Assembly (NCBI RefSeq): GCF_004010195.1
Contig: NC_057728.1
Location: 46,241,081-46,305,080, forward strand
Origin: Chiloscyllium plagiosum
Taxonomy: Eukaryota
Direction: 5' to 3'
Length of the DNA: 64,000 nt
Part shown: piece by piece, positions 51,286-62,965 of the stretch
How positions within the stretch are numbered: the first letter of the stretch is position 1
Layout: each line of letters begins with the position of its first letter
The notes under the pieces: model-generated
The model's database searches: none
What the model saw: only the letters and a program-made list of their open reading frames with translations
Told to the model about the DNA's origin: nothing
Position numbers and translations under genes: made by a program

Positions 51286-53154
51286 AGTTTTCCCTTTTTT
51301 TTTCTGTTTTTTTCATATTTTCGCCTGTTGCTACTCCTTTAAGAACTTTGGTCCCTTTAAGAGCATACTCTAAGAACTACAAGGAGTTTTAAAATTGCAG
51401 GCTAGTGGTTCACTGTCTTATGCTTCCAGATGATACTCTTGCCAAATAAGGAGAACGGACAATGTATGGGCTTTCTTTTCCTTTTGCAACAATTTTAAAA
51501 AAGACAATGGTGAAGCCAAGAAAAATCTAGAGAGCGGTAAGCCTTTTTAGTGGAAACAGTTGGTTCTGATACCTTTTTCTTTCAGGAGTGATTTGTACCT
51601 TTTAAGATAATTTGTCTTTTGGCATTTAAAATCTGAACTGCAGAATGTTGGGATTTTCTTTAACAGGGAATGATAGAGAATCACTAGTATAGGCACTAGG
51701 CAGAGATAACATCAGGTATTGAAGTATCCAACAGACATCTATTACAGCTGGTTGTTGTACCCAATTATTACATGCCCAGACACATAGGTGGCTTGGCTTG
51801 TATTGGATTATTTGATTAAACAGACATGCATGCTTTCAAAAGCATGTCATACTTCAAGTGATCCCAAGTAAGATTTCCTTTGAGACCTTTATACCCCTCA
51901 GGTCATGTAATGTTATCAAGAGAATGTCTCATAATGGCTATACAGAAAGACTGACTATGAGATATAATAAGGCAATAATATAACTAGTTATTTCATGCTA
52001 CAGAAGATATTCTATTGACTACCTGTGAGATAAATGCCATGTCTCTGGTGGTCAGTGAATGAATTCTTCTCCCATTTATTGTTAGCATTGTAAAACTTAA
52101 ATTGAATCTGGCTCTTCCTATAAGGTAAAGATAAAGAACAGAAGCTGGTATTCAGTAATAAAACAGCAGTACATTTAGAGTTAGGGTCAGCGTTGGGCTT
52201 TTGTTAATAACAAAATAAGGGGGAGAAAGTCTGAAATGTAAAATGATTCTTTTGATCTCCCACCATAACATGGGTAGAAGCAACAAGTCAGGCATTTAAA
52301 CTTCTTTTTAAACCTCCTCTGAGTTTCTGCCAAAACTACTGTGGGGTGTCAGAAAAACCCCAATGGAAATTCAACCTGACATATTTCATTAAGTCCATTC
52401 ATTCTACAGCTCATTGTGCAATGTCTATCTTACTTAATCTCCTAAGAGAGGTAACTTGCAAAAAATGACATTTCCAAATAGATAAAGCTCTGCAAAATTT
52501 GTCCATAACCTGAAAAATCTAATAAAACCCTAGGTTATCAACATAACTTGGTGAACTACATTTGTCAGTAGTGTTTATATTCTTTCAATGATGTTTTCAT
52601 AATCTCAACTGTGTAAAACTATCGTCTTTTCACTAAACACTTAATCAACTACATTGAAACACATTCTTACAACCCACAGCCCCTTTTTAAATCAATTTTT
52701 CCTTCAACTATTGTTTAAAAAACTTAACTGATCTAGCATTAATTCCACTTGCAGAGTGTATTCACAGTCCTATTGCTCTATAGGAAGAAAAGTATCGAAT
52801 ATCTAATCTCACACTGCAGTTTCTTAATTGTGTGCTCAAATCTAGTTATGTGATCACAATCCATGTAAAATAATCTTTTCATTTCTCAGTTATCCATAGT
52901 GTGACAAAATTGAGGTGTATCATTTATAGTTGAATTATTTTATTTTATTATTTTTATGGAATGATTTTGAAAGATTTTCTATACATCAATTCCTATTGTA
53001 AAAAGGGTGAGTATTTTTTTTACCGTGAGGGTTTTTCGGACTTCCTACCATATCTTCAATGAAAAATAGAGGAAACCCCCTGAAGATAACTGGTAAATTG
53101 TCATCTCATTTGGATCTGCTGAAGTCATGGAGGGAGATTGCGAGAACATCCATG

Positions 53155-54178
53155 GAACATTTATAACACAATACAATGAAATGCAGCACAAGAACAGGCT
53201 TTTAGGCCCATCAAGCCTGCGCCAATTCCTACTCCTTATTTAGACCTGCTAATTATTAGCCATAGTTTAGATTAGAGTGATGCTAGAAAAGCACAGCAGG
53301 TCAGGCAGCATCCAAGGAGCAGGAAAATCGATGTTTCAGGCAAAAGCCCTTCATCAGCCCTGATGAAGGCCTTTTGCCTGAAACGTCGATTTTCCTGCTT
53401 CTTGGATGCTGCCTGACCTGCTGTGCTTTTCCAGCACCACTCTCATCTAAATTCTGGCTTCCAGCATCTGCAGTCCTTACGTTTGCCTAATTATTAGCCA
53501 TATGCAGTTTCTAACCCTCTGTTCACCTCCTGTTCATGTGTCTATGAAAATATGCCTTAAATATTGCTAATGTGCCTGCTTCCACCACTTCCACTGGCAG
53601 TGCATTCCAGGCACCCACCGCTCTCTGGGTGTAAAATTTTCCCTGCACTTCTCCCCTAAATTTTCCCTCTCTCACCTTGAACCTATGTCCTCTTGTAGTT
53701 GACCTCTCCATCCTGGGATAAAGCCTCTGTCTATCCACCCTTTCTATGCCTCTCATAATTTTGTGGACCTCTATCAAGTTCCCCTGCCCCCTTCACAGCG
53801 TCCGACTTTCCAGTGAAAGCAAATTGAGTTTATTCAACCCTTCCCCATAACTAAAACCTCCGGACCAGGCAGCACCCTAGTAAACCTTCTCTTCACCCTC
53901 TCCAAAGCATCCATCTCCTGCTGGTGACCAGAATTGCACGTAATATTCCAAATGTGGCCTAACTAAAGTTTTAACATAAATTGCCAACTTTTATATTTGA
54001 TGCCCCAGCTGATGAAAGCTAGCATGCTGCTTGTCTTCTTGATCACCATATCCACCTGTGATGCCACTTCCAGGGATCTCTGGACCAATATGCCTAGATC
54101 TCTCTGTATGTCAATGTCATTTATTGTATAATTTGCACCCGAATGTGATTTTCCAAAATGCATCACCTTGCATTACTC
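53155..54178 (-). mobile_element. CR1 3' fragment with nested palindrome
   Basis: Minus ORFs MIEVHKIMRGIERVD...TRGHRFKV and MHFGKS...QRDLGILV. Confidence 0.9.
53265..53486. mobile_element. Palindromic hammerhead element (family A) with perfect 16-bp TSD
   Basis: 92-bp arms 53266-53357 / 53360-53451 with 2-nt spacer (TCATCAG-CC-CTGATGA); TSD CTAATTATTAGCCATA at 53249-53264 and 53487-53502. Confidence 0.93.
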
Positions 54179-55036
54179 TCAGTTTTTTAAAAGAAAAATA
54201 TTGACTGAAAAATGGATTCTGGAAGGTAGACATTTATTCATTTTCCTTATCTTGAACCCAATCAGGAAACTGCTCATTGTAATATTGTTGGCTGTTTTAT
54301 TTATATCTGGAAAAACTGTCCACACTCTGCAATCAATTTTAATGCATCATCTGAGAATGAAGCTATGATGTGGTCTGATCAGGATAGATACAGTTCAAAC
54401 AGCATTTGTCAGATGTGACGAACTACATGTACCTGGATGAGACCTACTTGTTCACTATCCAACTAAAATATCTTCATCTGCAGAATGGCCTCTGAAAGGT
54501 ATTTTTGTATTTTAAAAGTATTTGTGGGGGTGAGTGTCAAATAACTTTCACGTATCAGTTAATGTCATTTTTACTAGTTACCATAACAACAGAGGTTTTA
54601 AAGAGATGTTCTCTGCAGTCTTGAGAAGACTGGATCTTGTAAAATTTAATGACGATTCCCATCAAAATGATAAATAGTTGAAAAGATTTTAATACTGAAT
54701 CATCAATGCCAAATCATTTTATTTTTCTAACTTGCTTCTAAACTGTACCTTGACAAGAATTTCTTTGAAAATGATGCCATTTTGGCAGAAATTCTGTTTT
54801 CAAAATATTAACAAGGGTTACTCCTATCTTCAGGTTAAGCTGTACCAGACATTCAGGAAAACACTGTCACTAGAGTGGTAACATACAGACTATCAATTTT
54901 CCACCATCGGATTTTAATATCTGAGACCATTATGGACTTAAATAATTTTCAATAAGAAAAGCATTGACTTAGTACGGCTGTAGCAATCACCTGACCTGGT
55001 TGAATCGAGCTCAAGAAATCAATGCGAGATAATAAA

Positions 55037-55240
55037 AGCAGGTCTGGCAGCAGCATTTGTGGGAGAAATCAGAGTTAATGTTTCATGTCGAGTGACCCTT
55101 CCCCAGTTCTGAGGAAGGGTCACTTAACCCAAAACATTAACTCTGATTTCTGTCCACAGATGCTGTCAGATATGCTGAGCTTTTCGAGCAATTTCTGTTT
55201 TTGTTTCTGATTTACAACATTCACAATTCTTTCCATTTTT
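55037..55240. mobile_element. Palindromic hammerhead element (family C)
   Basis: Arms 55037-55106 / 55109-55176, centre GTGACCCTTCCCCAG-TT-CTGAGGAAGGGTCAC. Confidence 0.85.
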
Positions 55241-56859
55241 ATTAAGATAAACATAGTCCAAGCCAAAATTAACATTTTATCAAAAGCAACTGAAGAAATG
55301 CTTGTCAGTTGCTTCCAATTTATTTCTCCAGAAGTTTGGTGTGTTGGGATAAAAGCTGCATGAAGATTATCCAGCTTGAAAGAAACAATGATTCCTGACA
55401 CATGAATAGACAAGTGAACTGTACTTCAGGAACACAGATTTAGGGCAGAGCAGGGAAGGAAAATGGACATTTAACATCAAAACAAAAACTCATTTTCTCC
55501 CTGTCTGTTTCCTCAACCTCTCAATTGAACAGCTCCTAATGATGAAGTAAAGTAAAGGACTATCCACTTACTATAACTCAAAGCAATTTGCAGAATTCCC
55601 ACTATTGACATCATAAAACATCCATTAACCAACTGTGATCTCAGGTCAAGGTTAGGATTGAGAGTTTCAAGGACTTTTGAAACGATACAAACTTGACCTT
55701 TTTGTACTAGATACATTTAGTTTTCTAAACATTATCTCTCTGTTGGCATTTGTGTTTGATATTGCATTTTATTATTTTTCTTGGGGGTGAGTAAATTTAA
55801 AAAATTCACTTCCTTTCACTCAGGGAGCTCTTGTAATTAGTTCCCACACTTCAATTTAGTTAACTACATTTTAATTGAAGTATGGTGTAATTGTGTGTTA
55901 AAAATAGTTTAAAATATTTGTTGTGACCCATTGTATTTGTCACAACAAATAGAAGGGAGTTTGCTGATTGTTGTTCTAACCACAAATCCTATCATATTAA
56001 AATCCATTTTCATCTAATGTGATAAAATCCCTTTGTTATCATTCTCTGTTCTCATCAATTTTCAGATCCATTCCATGGTGTCACTAACAAATTTGAATAA
56101 CCATAGTTACTCGCTTCTATATTGCACAGCAATAAACAGTTTTATACCATAGTTCAACAAAGGGAAATTGCTATTTTTTATGTAGAGAATAAATGGACTG
56201 ATGTCAGATAAATTATGTTTTTAAAAGAGGATGAATATCACTTCTAAATTGCAAATAATAGATAAAAGTTAAGTAAATTCAGTCATACAGATTGTCGGTC
56301 ATGCTAGAAAATGCCATTATTCTAGGTACTACTGCTAAAATTTAGGTTCACTAAGGTTCAATTGGCTTTCTGATGAGCCATGAAACAAATCACTAGAGAT
56401 CCTCCCATCAGTGTTACTAAGCATGACACTTTCACATCAGGTGGTGCAAAATATTTGAGCTGTTTTATTGATCAAGATTACTTCTATTGCCCCAAGAAAT
56501 TGCATTCTTCTGACGCCAACAGTGTTTTAACATCAGAACTTGCACGACATAATAAAATGAACTTAATAAACTTTCTGGTTCTCAGACAATCCTGAGATTG
56601 GCTAAATTATAAATCGATCCTGGTGTGCTATTCCCAAAAAAAATCCTTCATTGTTTTTTGGCCCAGATTTTACGCTTATAATGATCGACAAACCTGTCAG
56701 TACTCAGTCTCACTGCAAGTAATAAAATGGTAGCAACCTCTTCAGAAGTGCAGTTGCAGTGAAATGAAAAATATAATAAGGGCTGTGCAGATGGCAATCT
56801 GAGCGTTTGATATGAACTTCCACGTCTTTGCCTATTAGCCTTCCTGAAAATATGTGGAT

Positions 56860-57198
56860 CATGGTACAGTGGTAATGGCACTGAACTTGTAATCCAGAGG
56901 CCCAGGTATGGGTATGTTCAAATCCCACTTGGTACGATCTGAATTGACTTAATAAAAAAGCTTGGAATTAAAACATAGTTTCACCATTAAACAATCATCA
57001 ATTGTTGTATATAAATATCCTGTCCTTTCAGGGAATGGAATCTGGCATCTTTACCTGGTCTGGCCTACATATGACTCCAGACCCACAATGTTGTGGTTAA
57101 CTCATAACTGCCAGCAAACTATTCAATTCAATGGCAACTGGGGATTGAGAAGAAAAGCTGAACTTGCCAGCAACCCACATGTCCCATGAAAGAATAAG
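56860..57198 (+). mobile_element. tRNA-derived SINE sharing its 3' tail with LINE-A
   Basis: TGGTACAGTGGTAA (A box), GTTCAAATCCC (B box), core TTTACCTGGTCTGGCCTACATATGACTCCAGACCCACA, tail GCCAGCAA..CCACAT..CCCATGAAAGAATAA. Confidence 0.85.
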
Positions 57199-57447
57199 GC
57201 AAAATTCCTTGAAATAGCTATAACTTGTCAAATAAAATGTAGCTTTGTCTATAACAGCATACTAAGTTTATGGTTATTGCTGAGTAATATTTCTGGCACT
57301 GAAAAAGCAATTTTACATTAGTGGAATGCTAGTTTTCTTCAGTTTGATCAAAAAATCTGTAGATTACTGAAATAACATGAAGTTTTTCGAGTTTGTTCAC
57401 GATATTTCAGTTTCTACTTTGCTCCCAAATGTGCATTTGTATAATGC

Positions 57448-57596
57448 TGTATGGATGAAAGTTTGCACACTGAGCTGGAAGGTTCAATTTCAGATGTTTC
57501 GTCAACATACTAGGTGACATCGTCAGTGAGCCTCCAGTGAAGCATTGGTGTTGGTGACCCGCTTTCTATTTATGTGTTTAGGTTTCCTTGGGTTGT
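57448..57596 (-). mobile_element. Penelope-type repeat (family E) with hammerhead motif at 57490-57529
   Basis: Reverse complement TCA-CTGACGA-T-GTCACC(TAGTAT)GTTGAC-GAAACATC-TGA. Confidence 0.75.
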
Positions 57597-58565
57597 CTAT
57601 ATAATAAGCAAAAAGTAAAAGACAGTCATTATATTTTTCTTCCGGTTTGTTGATTGTGAGAATATCTCAGTGTAATTGGTCATTTAGCCTGCTTGATGTT
57701 GCATTATTACTGAAATCCAGTGATCTACGAATGCTAATGTTTGTGTGAAATTAAAATTGTGAATGGGGAGATCTTCACCATAGAGATGGTTAGATATTTT
57801 CTGAGCAGCAACATTTCTTTGCGATTGATTGCAAAATTTTCCAAAGCTTGAAATTAACAATACAACCTTGCTTCCTTTACATTATTTAGAACTGTTTTAA
57901 TATGTTATTACATCAATGCATATAAATATGCTATAAGCACATATTTATTTCGGGAAATATACAGAATCCAAAATAGTGAAGGTACCGGTAAGTGAGTTTA
58001 GGGCCCTAGTTAGGCCACTACCAGTATTGTATTACTGTTCTGGTCTCCACACTGTATAAAAGACATGGAAGCCCTGGAGAAATGCACAAAACATTTACAA
58101 ATACGGATAGATCAAAGATATTGGGAGAGAATGAATAGGATCGTATCTTCTGAAAGAATTACACAAGACCCTTTTAAAGTATTTAAAAAGATGAATGATT
58201 TGGACAGGATAGTTTTGCATATAATGTTTTAATTTTACCATCCCTGGCATGATGTTTTGGGAGCTGGGTAGACCAGTAAATATTGGGAAGCCATGTCATG
58301 AAAGTTCTTCAGCACCAATATGGTAGTGTGGGCATTTCCTAGAAGTAGGCTAAGGGCTGGGATAACCAAGCAGAACAAGACATTCACATAAATTAGTTAT
58401 GGTCAAATTGGGGGCACTGGGATTATGCCAGTGTGAAAAGGCCTCCTGCCACATGGAAAGGATGTCAGTTTTGATGGAGGAGGCCTTCCATTGGCATCCT
58501 GAGGAGGGTAGGGTCTGTGGAAATAAGCAGGAACCACGAGCAGGCAAATCAGCCATGTCACAGCT

Positions 58566-58904
58566 GGCATGGTGGTTGAATGGTTAGCCCTGTTGTGTTA
58601 CAGTAACAGGGACCTGGATTCAATTCCAGCCATGGCAACTGTCAGTGTGGAGCTTGCAGGTTTTCACCACATCCGTGTGGATTTCTTCCGATTGTTTTCC
58701 TCTCATAGTCTAATGATATTCAGGTTGGGTAGATTGGCAATGCTAAGTTGCTCATAGTGTTCAGGGATGTGCAGTTTAGGCCATGGGAAATGCAGGGTTA
58801 CAGGGATAGGGTAGGAGGATGGATCTAGGTCGGATGCTCTTCAAAGGGTTGGTGTGGACTTGATAAGCTAAGTGGCCTGCTACCCCACTATCGGGATTCT
58901 ATGA
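58566..58904 (+). mobile_element. HE1-like SINE, diverged
   Basis: GGCATGGTGGTTGAATGGTTAGC...GATTCAATTCC...GATTGGCAATGCTAAGTTG...GGGATTCTATGA. Confidence 0.85.
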
Positions 58905-59459
58905 CCAATTATCCCAAGATACTCGCCTGATGATTTAATTTTACTTAGCTTTGAGTGCCCAAGATCACCTGACAGCCTTGATGTACCCAGCACATTCCCC
59001 AGTGGTACTGCAGCATGGAGAATATAACCACCATGTTAATTGGATGGTAAGACCTGCAGCAGTCAGTAGGAACAACAAGCTGAAAGGTTATTCAATACTG
59101 GCTGCCTGTTGACTTGCCCTGGAGTGGCACAGTTGCCTTTTTCAGCCAAGAGCAAACCTTTACAAAATCAAAAACCATTGAAAAATACAGGTGCTACACA
59201 AATAAACTTGTCGCCTGCATCTCCTTATCCAAACCAGAGTAATCCAAAATTAACAGCATAAGAAGAAATTAAAATAGTAAATATAATGCTAGATCTGATA
59301 CAGGATGTGAAATAAAAAGGAAGAAAGAAAAATTGGATTAGCTGAGACAAATAGAGTTAAAATATGCAATTACATATTTTTTGGATCTCCGTTGATAATT
59401 AAAAACTGAGAAAAGGATTCTACATCTGTAATCATTAATTTTCAGTGATAGACAGAGCA

Positions 59460-59638
59460 ATTATAGATTCATAAAGTCATACAGCACAGAAATAGACCCT
59501 TCGATCCAATCTGTCTGCACTGACCAGATATCCCAGTCCCATCTAGTCTCATCAGCCAGCACTTGGCCCATATCCCTCTAAACCCTTCCTATTCAGATAC
59601 TCATTCAGATGCCTTTTAAATGTCGTGATTATACCCAG
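59460..59638 (-). mobile_element. CR1 3' end fragment
   Basis: Matches 18186-18350 (GACCCTTCG.TCCAA...GATGCCTTTTAAATGT). Confidence 0.8.
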
Positions 59639-61544
59639 TTGATAGGATTGAGAACATATTACACAGTTTAAAAAGCATAATGAGACTGAAATGTGAGTTT
59701 TTATACCATGCATAAACATCAACTTCACATCATTGTCAAAGGCATTTCCTTCATCAGCCAGCAAATCTAATGGCTAGGTGACACACTCCAAACAGCAACT
59801 TCCAGAGTTTTCCATTTAACAAAGCATTTAAAATTGCTGTGTGCTATCTGCATAAAGAACGATGAGCACTGTTAGCCTCAGCAATAATATAACAGTATAC
59901 TCCGATACAACGTTGCTATTTGATATTGCAAAGAGTGCATCAGCAGGACTCGATGTTAAAAATTCTGGAAAATAAAATGATCTATTGAAATGAATACACC
60001 CTTTACTGAGCTCTTATTTTCCAAAATTACAGAGAATCTCAGGTTGCAGCAGTATTTATTGAATATACCTTACTTTTTGTAATATTTGGCCTTTCGTGAC
60101 ACCCATGGAAGACTGCAGCATGCCTTCTGCAAAGGCCTGGTACTCCTCAGTCAACAAATCCCCTCCAGCAGAAACTTAATATATCTGATTTGTCAATGTC
60201 ATCACCACTGCTAATCTCTTCCCAACCCACGTCAGCTTTGAAGTCTGAAAACTATTCATTCTATAATGCATTTGCAACTTGCAATGCCTAGCTGGGGACT
60301 GAAACTGATTTGAAAATAATGGTGAGCAAGACGCTGCTTTCAGTTCAGATGGCAAGAGGAATAAACTGCATTTTAAAAATATATAAAAATTCTCCAATAT
60401 TAGGTCAGAGGGTCAATTTTATCTGGAAAGCAATTTCAATAATGAATGAACAAGTGGCTCTCAAAAGAGTAAATGTAAAATTGTTTAACATTTAAAATGA
60501 TATATCATTGAGTATTAAATCATTCTTTCAGAAATGGGCTGAATACTTTTGAATGAATTACATATAGTGACATTGACAGATAAACTAGGACAGTATATAA
60601 ATGAACACTGTATAGATTGTCAGATAGTTTACTTTTATCCCTTGAGCAATGAAACTAAATTTAGAATTTAAGCACTTAACTTTTTTTTCTGCTGCGCACT
60701 CAATTGGAATTTAAAATTGTATCTGGGACCAGTCCAGATGCTGTACTGGATGTTATTATTTTGCCTTGGAGATCAGAGTTCAAATCTCATACTTGACTAG
60801 CATTCAATCTTAGTTTATTTGCTCGAGTTCTGAAGGGCAAATTGTACCACATCTCCACTTCCTGTTGAGGAGGAAGAAAATGTAGCAAAGGCTCCTTCTG
60901 TACAAATCAACTGAGTTATCATAGGATCACATTTAAAGTCTTTACAGACACATCAGCTGCATCAAGCTGTCCTTCCAAGAGGGGGAGGAGAGGGAATGGA
61001 TGTGGGAAAGAAATACATCATGAACAGCAGTGCACCGATAAGGCTAGATGATATGCCTCGACATACTTTAGTCCCTCTAGCTATGGGGCAAGTTGTTGTA
61101 TTCAATATCCAAAACAGCTCCCATGCTTTCCACAGAGTAACTAACTTTTCAAGTGTTATGTAGCTGGCATGTGCTGTAACATGTGAGAAGAATTGACCTA
61201 CTTGTACACATGCTGTGAATACACTCATTTTTAAAATTTCAGCGAATTATTTGTGTTTGACATGTCCTGCCCACTTGTATTTTTCTTTTGTGTTCAAAAG
61301 ACATCAAAAGGTTAATTTGAACTTGACCTTCCTGCTGTGATCAGATCAGCTGCCCATTTTGCACTTTCCTTGATCTTGCTTTCCCGTGACTTGTCTGGCC
61401 ACAGAAGTTAACATGATCCAGACCAATCGAGTTTTGCAATTTACGCATTTTATCAAGAGAATACTGGCTTCAAAAAGTTAAAATATATTTAAATCAGAAA
61501 GCAATGCAGAAGTGCAAGAGGAAAGGTGGGTACTTGAAGGATCC

Positions 61545-61965
61545 ATAAGACATAAGAGGAGAAGTTAGGCCATTCAGCCAACAAGTCTGCTCAGCCATTC
61601 AATCAGGGCTGATAAGTTTCTCATCCCCATTCTCCCACCTACTTCCCATAACCCTTGCTAATCAAGAACCTACCTCAGCGTTAAGTGCACTAAGTGACTT
61701 GGCCTCCAAAGCCTTCTGTGGCAGTGAATCAAAAGATTCACCACTCTCTGGCTGAAGGAATTTCTCCTTATCTCCATTCTAAAAGGTCTTCCCTTTACTC
61801 TAAGACTGTGCCCTTGGGTCCTAGTCTCTCTCACCAATAGAAACATCATCCTAACACCCATTCTCTCCAGGCCATTCAGTATTCTGTAAGTTTCAATTAG
61901 ATCCACCCCTCCTCCTTCTAAACTCCATCAAGGATCGACACCAGAGTCCTCAAATGTTCCTTATA
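61545..61965 (-). mobile_element. CR1 3' fragment
   Basis: (CATAAGA)2 tail; ORF DLIETYRILNGLER...TQGHSLRVKG...RNSFSQRVVNL. Confidence 0.88.
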
Positions 61966-62255
61966 TCCATTGATCATTAGATCCAGTTCAGTGCTCCACG
62001 CCATGGACTTTACTAGAAAGGTAAATCATTCAGGGTATAGAATTAGCGATGAACTCTTGTGACACAATAGGCAGCATAACTGCCTCTGAGTTAGACAGAT
62101 GCAGTTCAAGCCCAAATCCAGCACTTGAGGTGAAGGAAGATGTACTCATTACTCAGCGAAACGGGTTGAATATCAGCTTGCAAATACTTCTAACACAGGC
62201 CACAGGAAGAGATTTCTGGTTGAGACATTCAGGAAGGAACATTGGACCCTCTAGT

Positions 62256-62479
62256 TGTAGTGATTGTAATGAAGTAGGCCAGGTGGACCTCATAGAATAT
62301 GAGTTACCTGATTGGACCAGATTCACAACCCCAATCAGGAAGCTCTGGCTGACAGATGAAAACTGGAGTGTCAGACATCTTATTCACTCTGAAGGAGCTG
62401 GATCAATGTCAAGGACTTTCCACACATAAGTAAAGGGCGACTTGGGAGATGGAATACTGGCCTCTGTGGAGTTATTTCA
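62256..62479 (+). mobile_element. Gypsy solo LTR
   Basis: TG...CA termini; GGACCTCATAGAATATGAGTT and GCCTCTGTGGAGTTATTTCA as at 23518; no TSD recognisable. Confidence 0.88.
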
Positions 62480-62544
62480 CAACCATCACTATCTGCAGCT
62501 CTCATCTACAATATGTGTAAAAATGCAGGCTGCCTTATAGCTAC

Positions 62545-62965
62545 TTGATTTGATTTAATTTGATTCATTATTATCATGTGTACAGCGATACAGTAAAAAG
62601 TATTGTTTTGTGTGCAATCCAGACAAATTTTACCTCCAATAAGTACATCAGGAGAATGCAGAATATGATATTACAGTTACAGAGAATGTGTAGCAAAAGA
62701 GCAGCTCCATTATATGAGAGGTCAGTTCATAAGTCTGATAACAGCAGGGAAGAAGCTGTTATTGAATTGGGAGGTACAAGTTTTCAAACCTTTGTCTTTT
62801 CTGGAGGTGGGAAGAGGGTGGAAGACAGTATAACCAAGCTGGGAGAGGTCTTTGATTATGTTAGCAGCAGGAAGTATAGTCAGAGTCAATGGAAGGAAGG
62901 CTGGTTTGCACGATGGACTGAACTGCATTCACATCTCTTGGTAATTTCTTGTGATGCCTCTGGAT
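62545..62965 (-). mobile_element. Rex1/Babar 3' fragment
   Basis: (TTGAT)n tail; FNNSFFPAVIRLMN C-terminus; collinear with 49345-49770. Confidence 0.85.
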
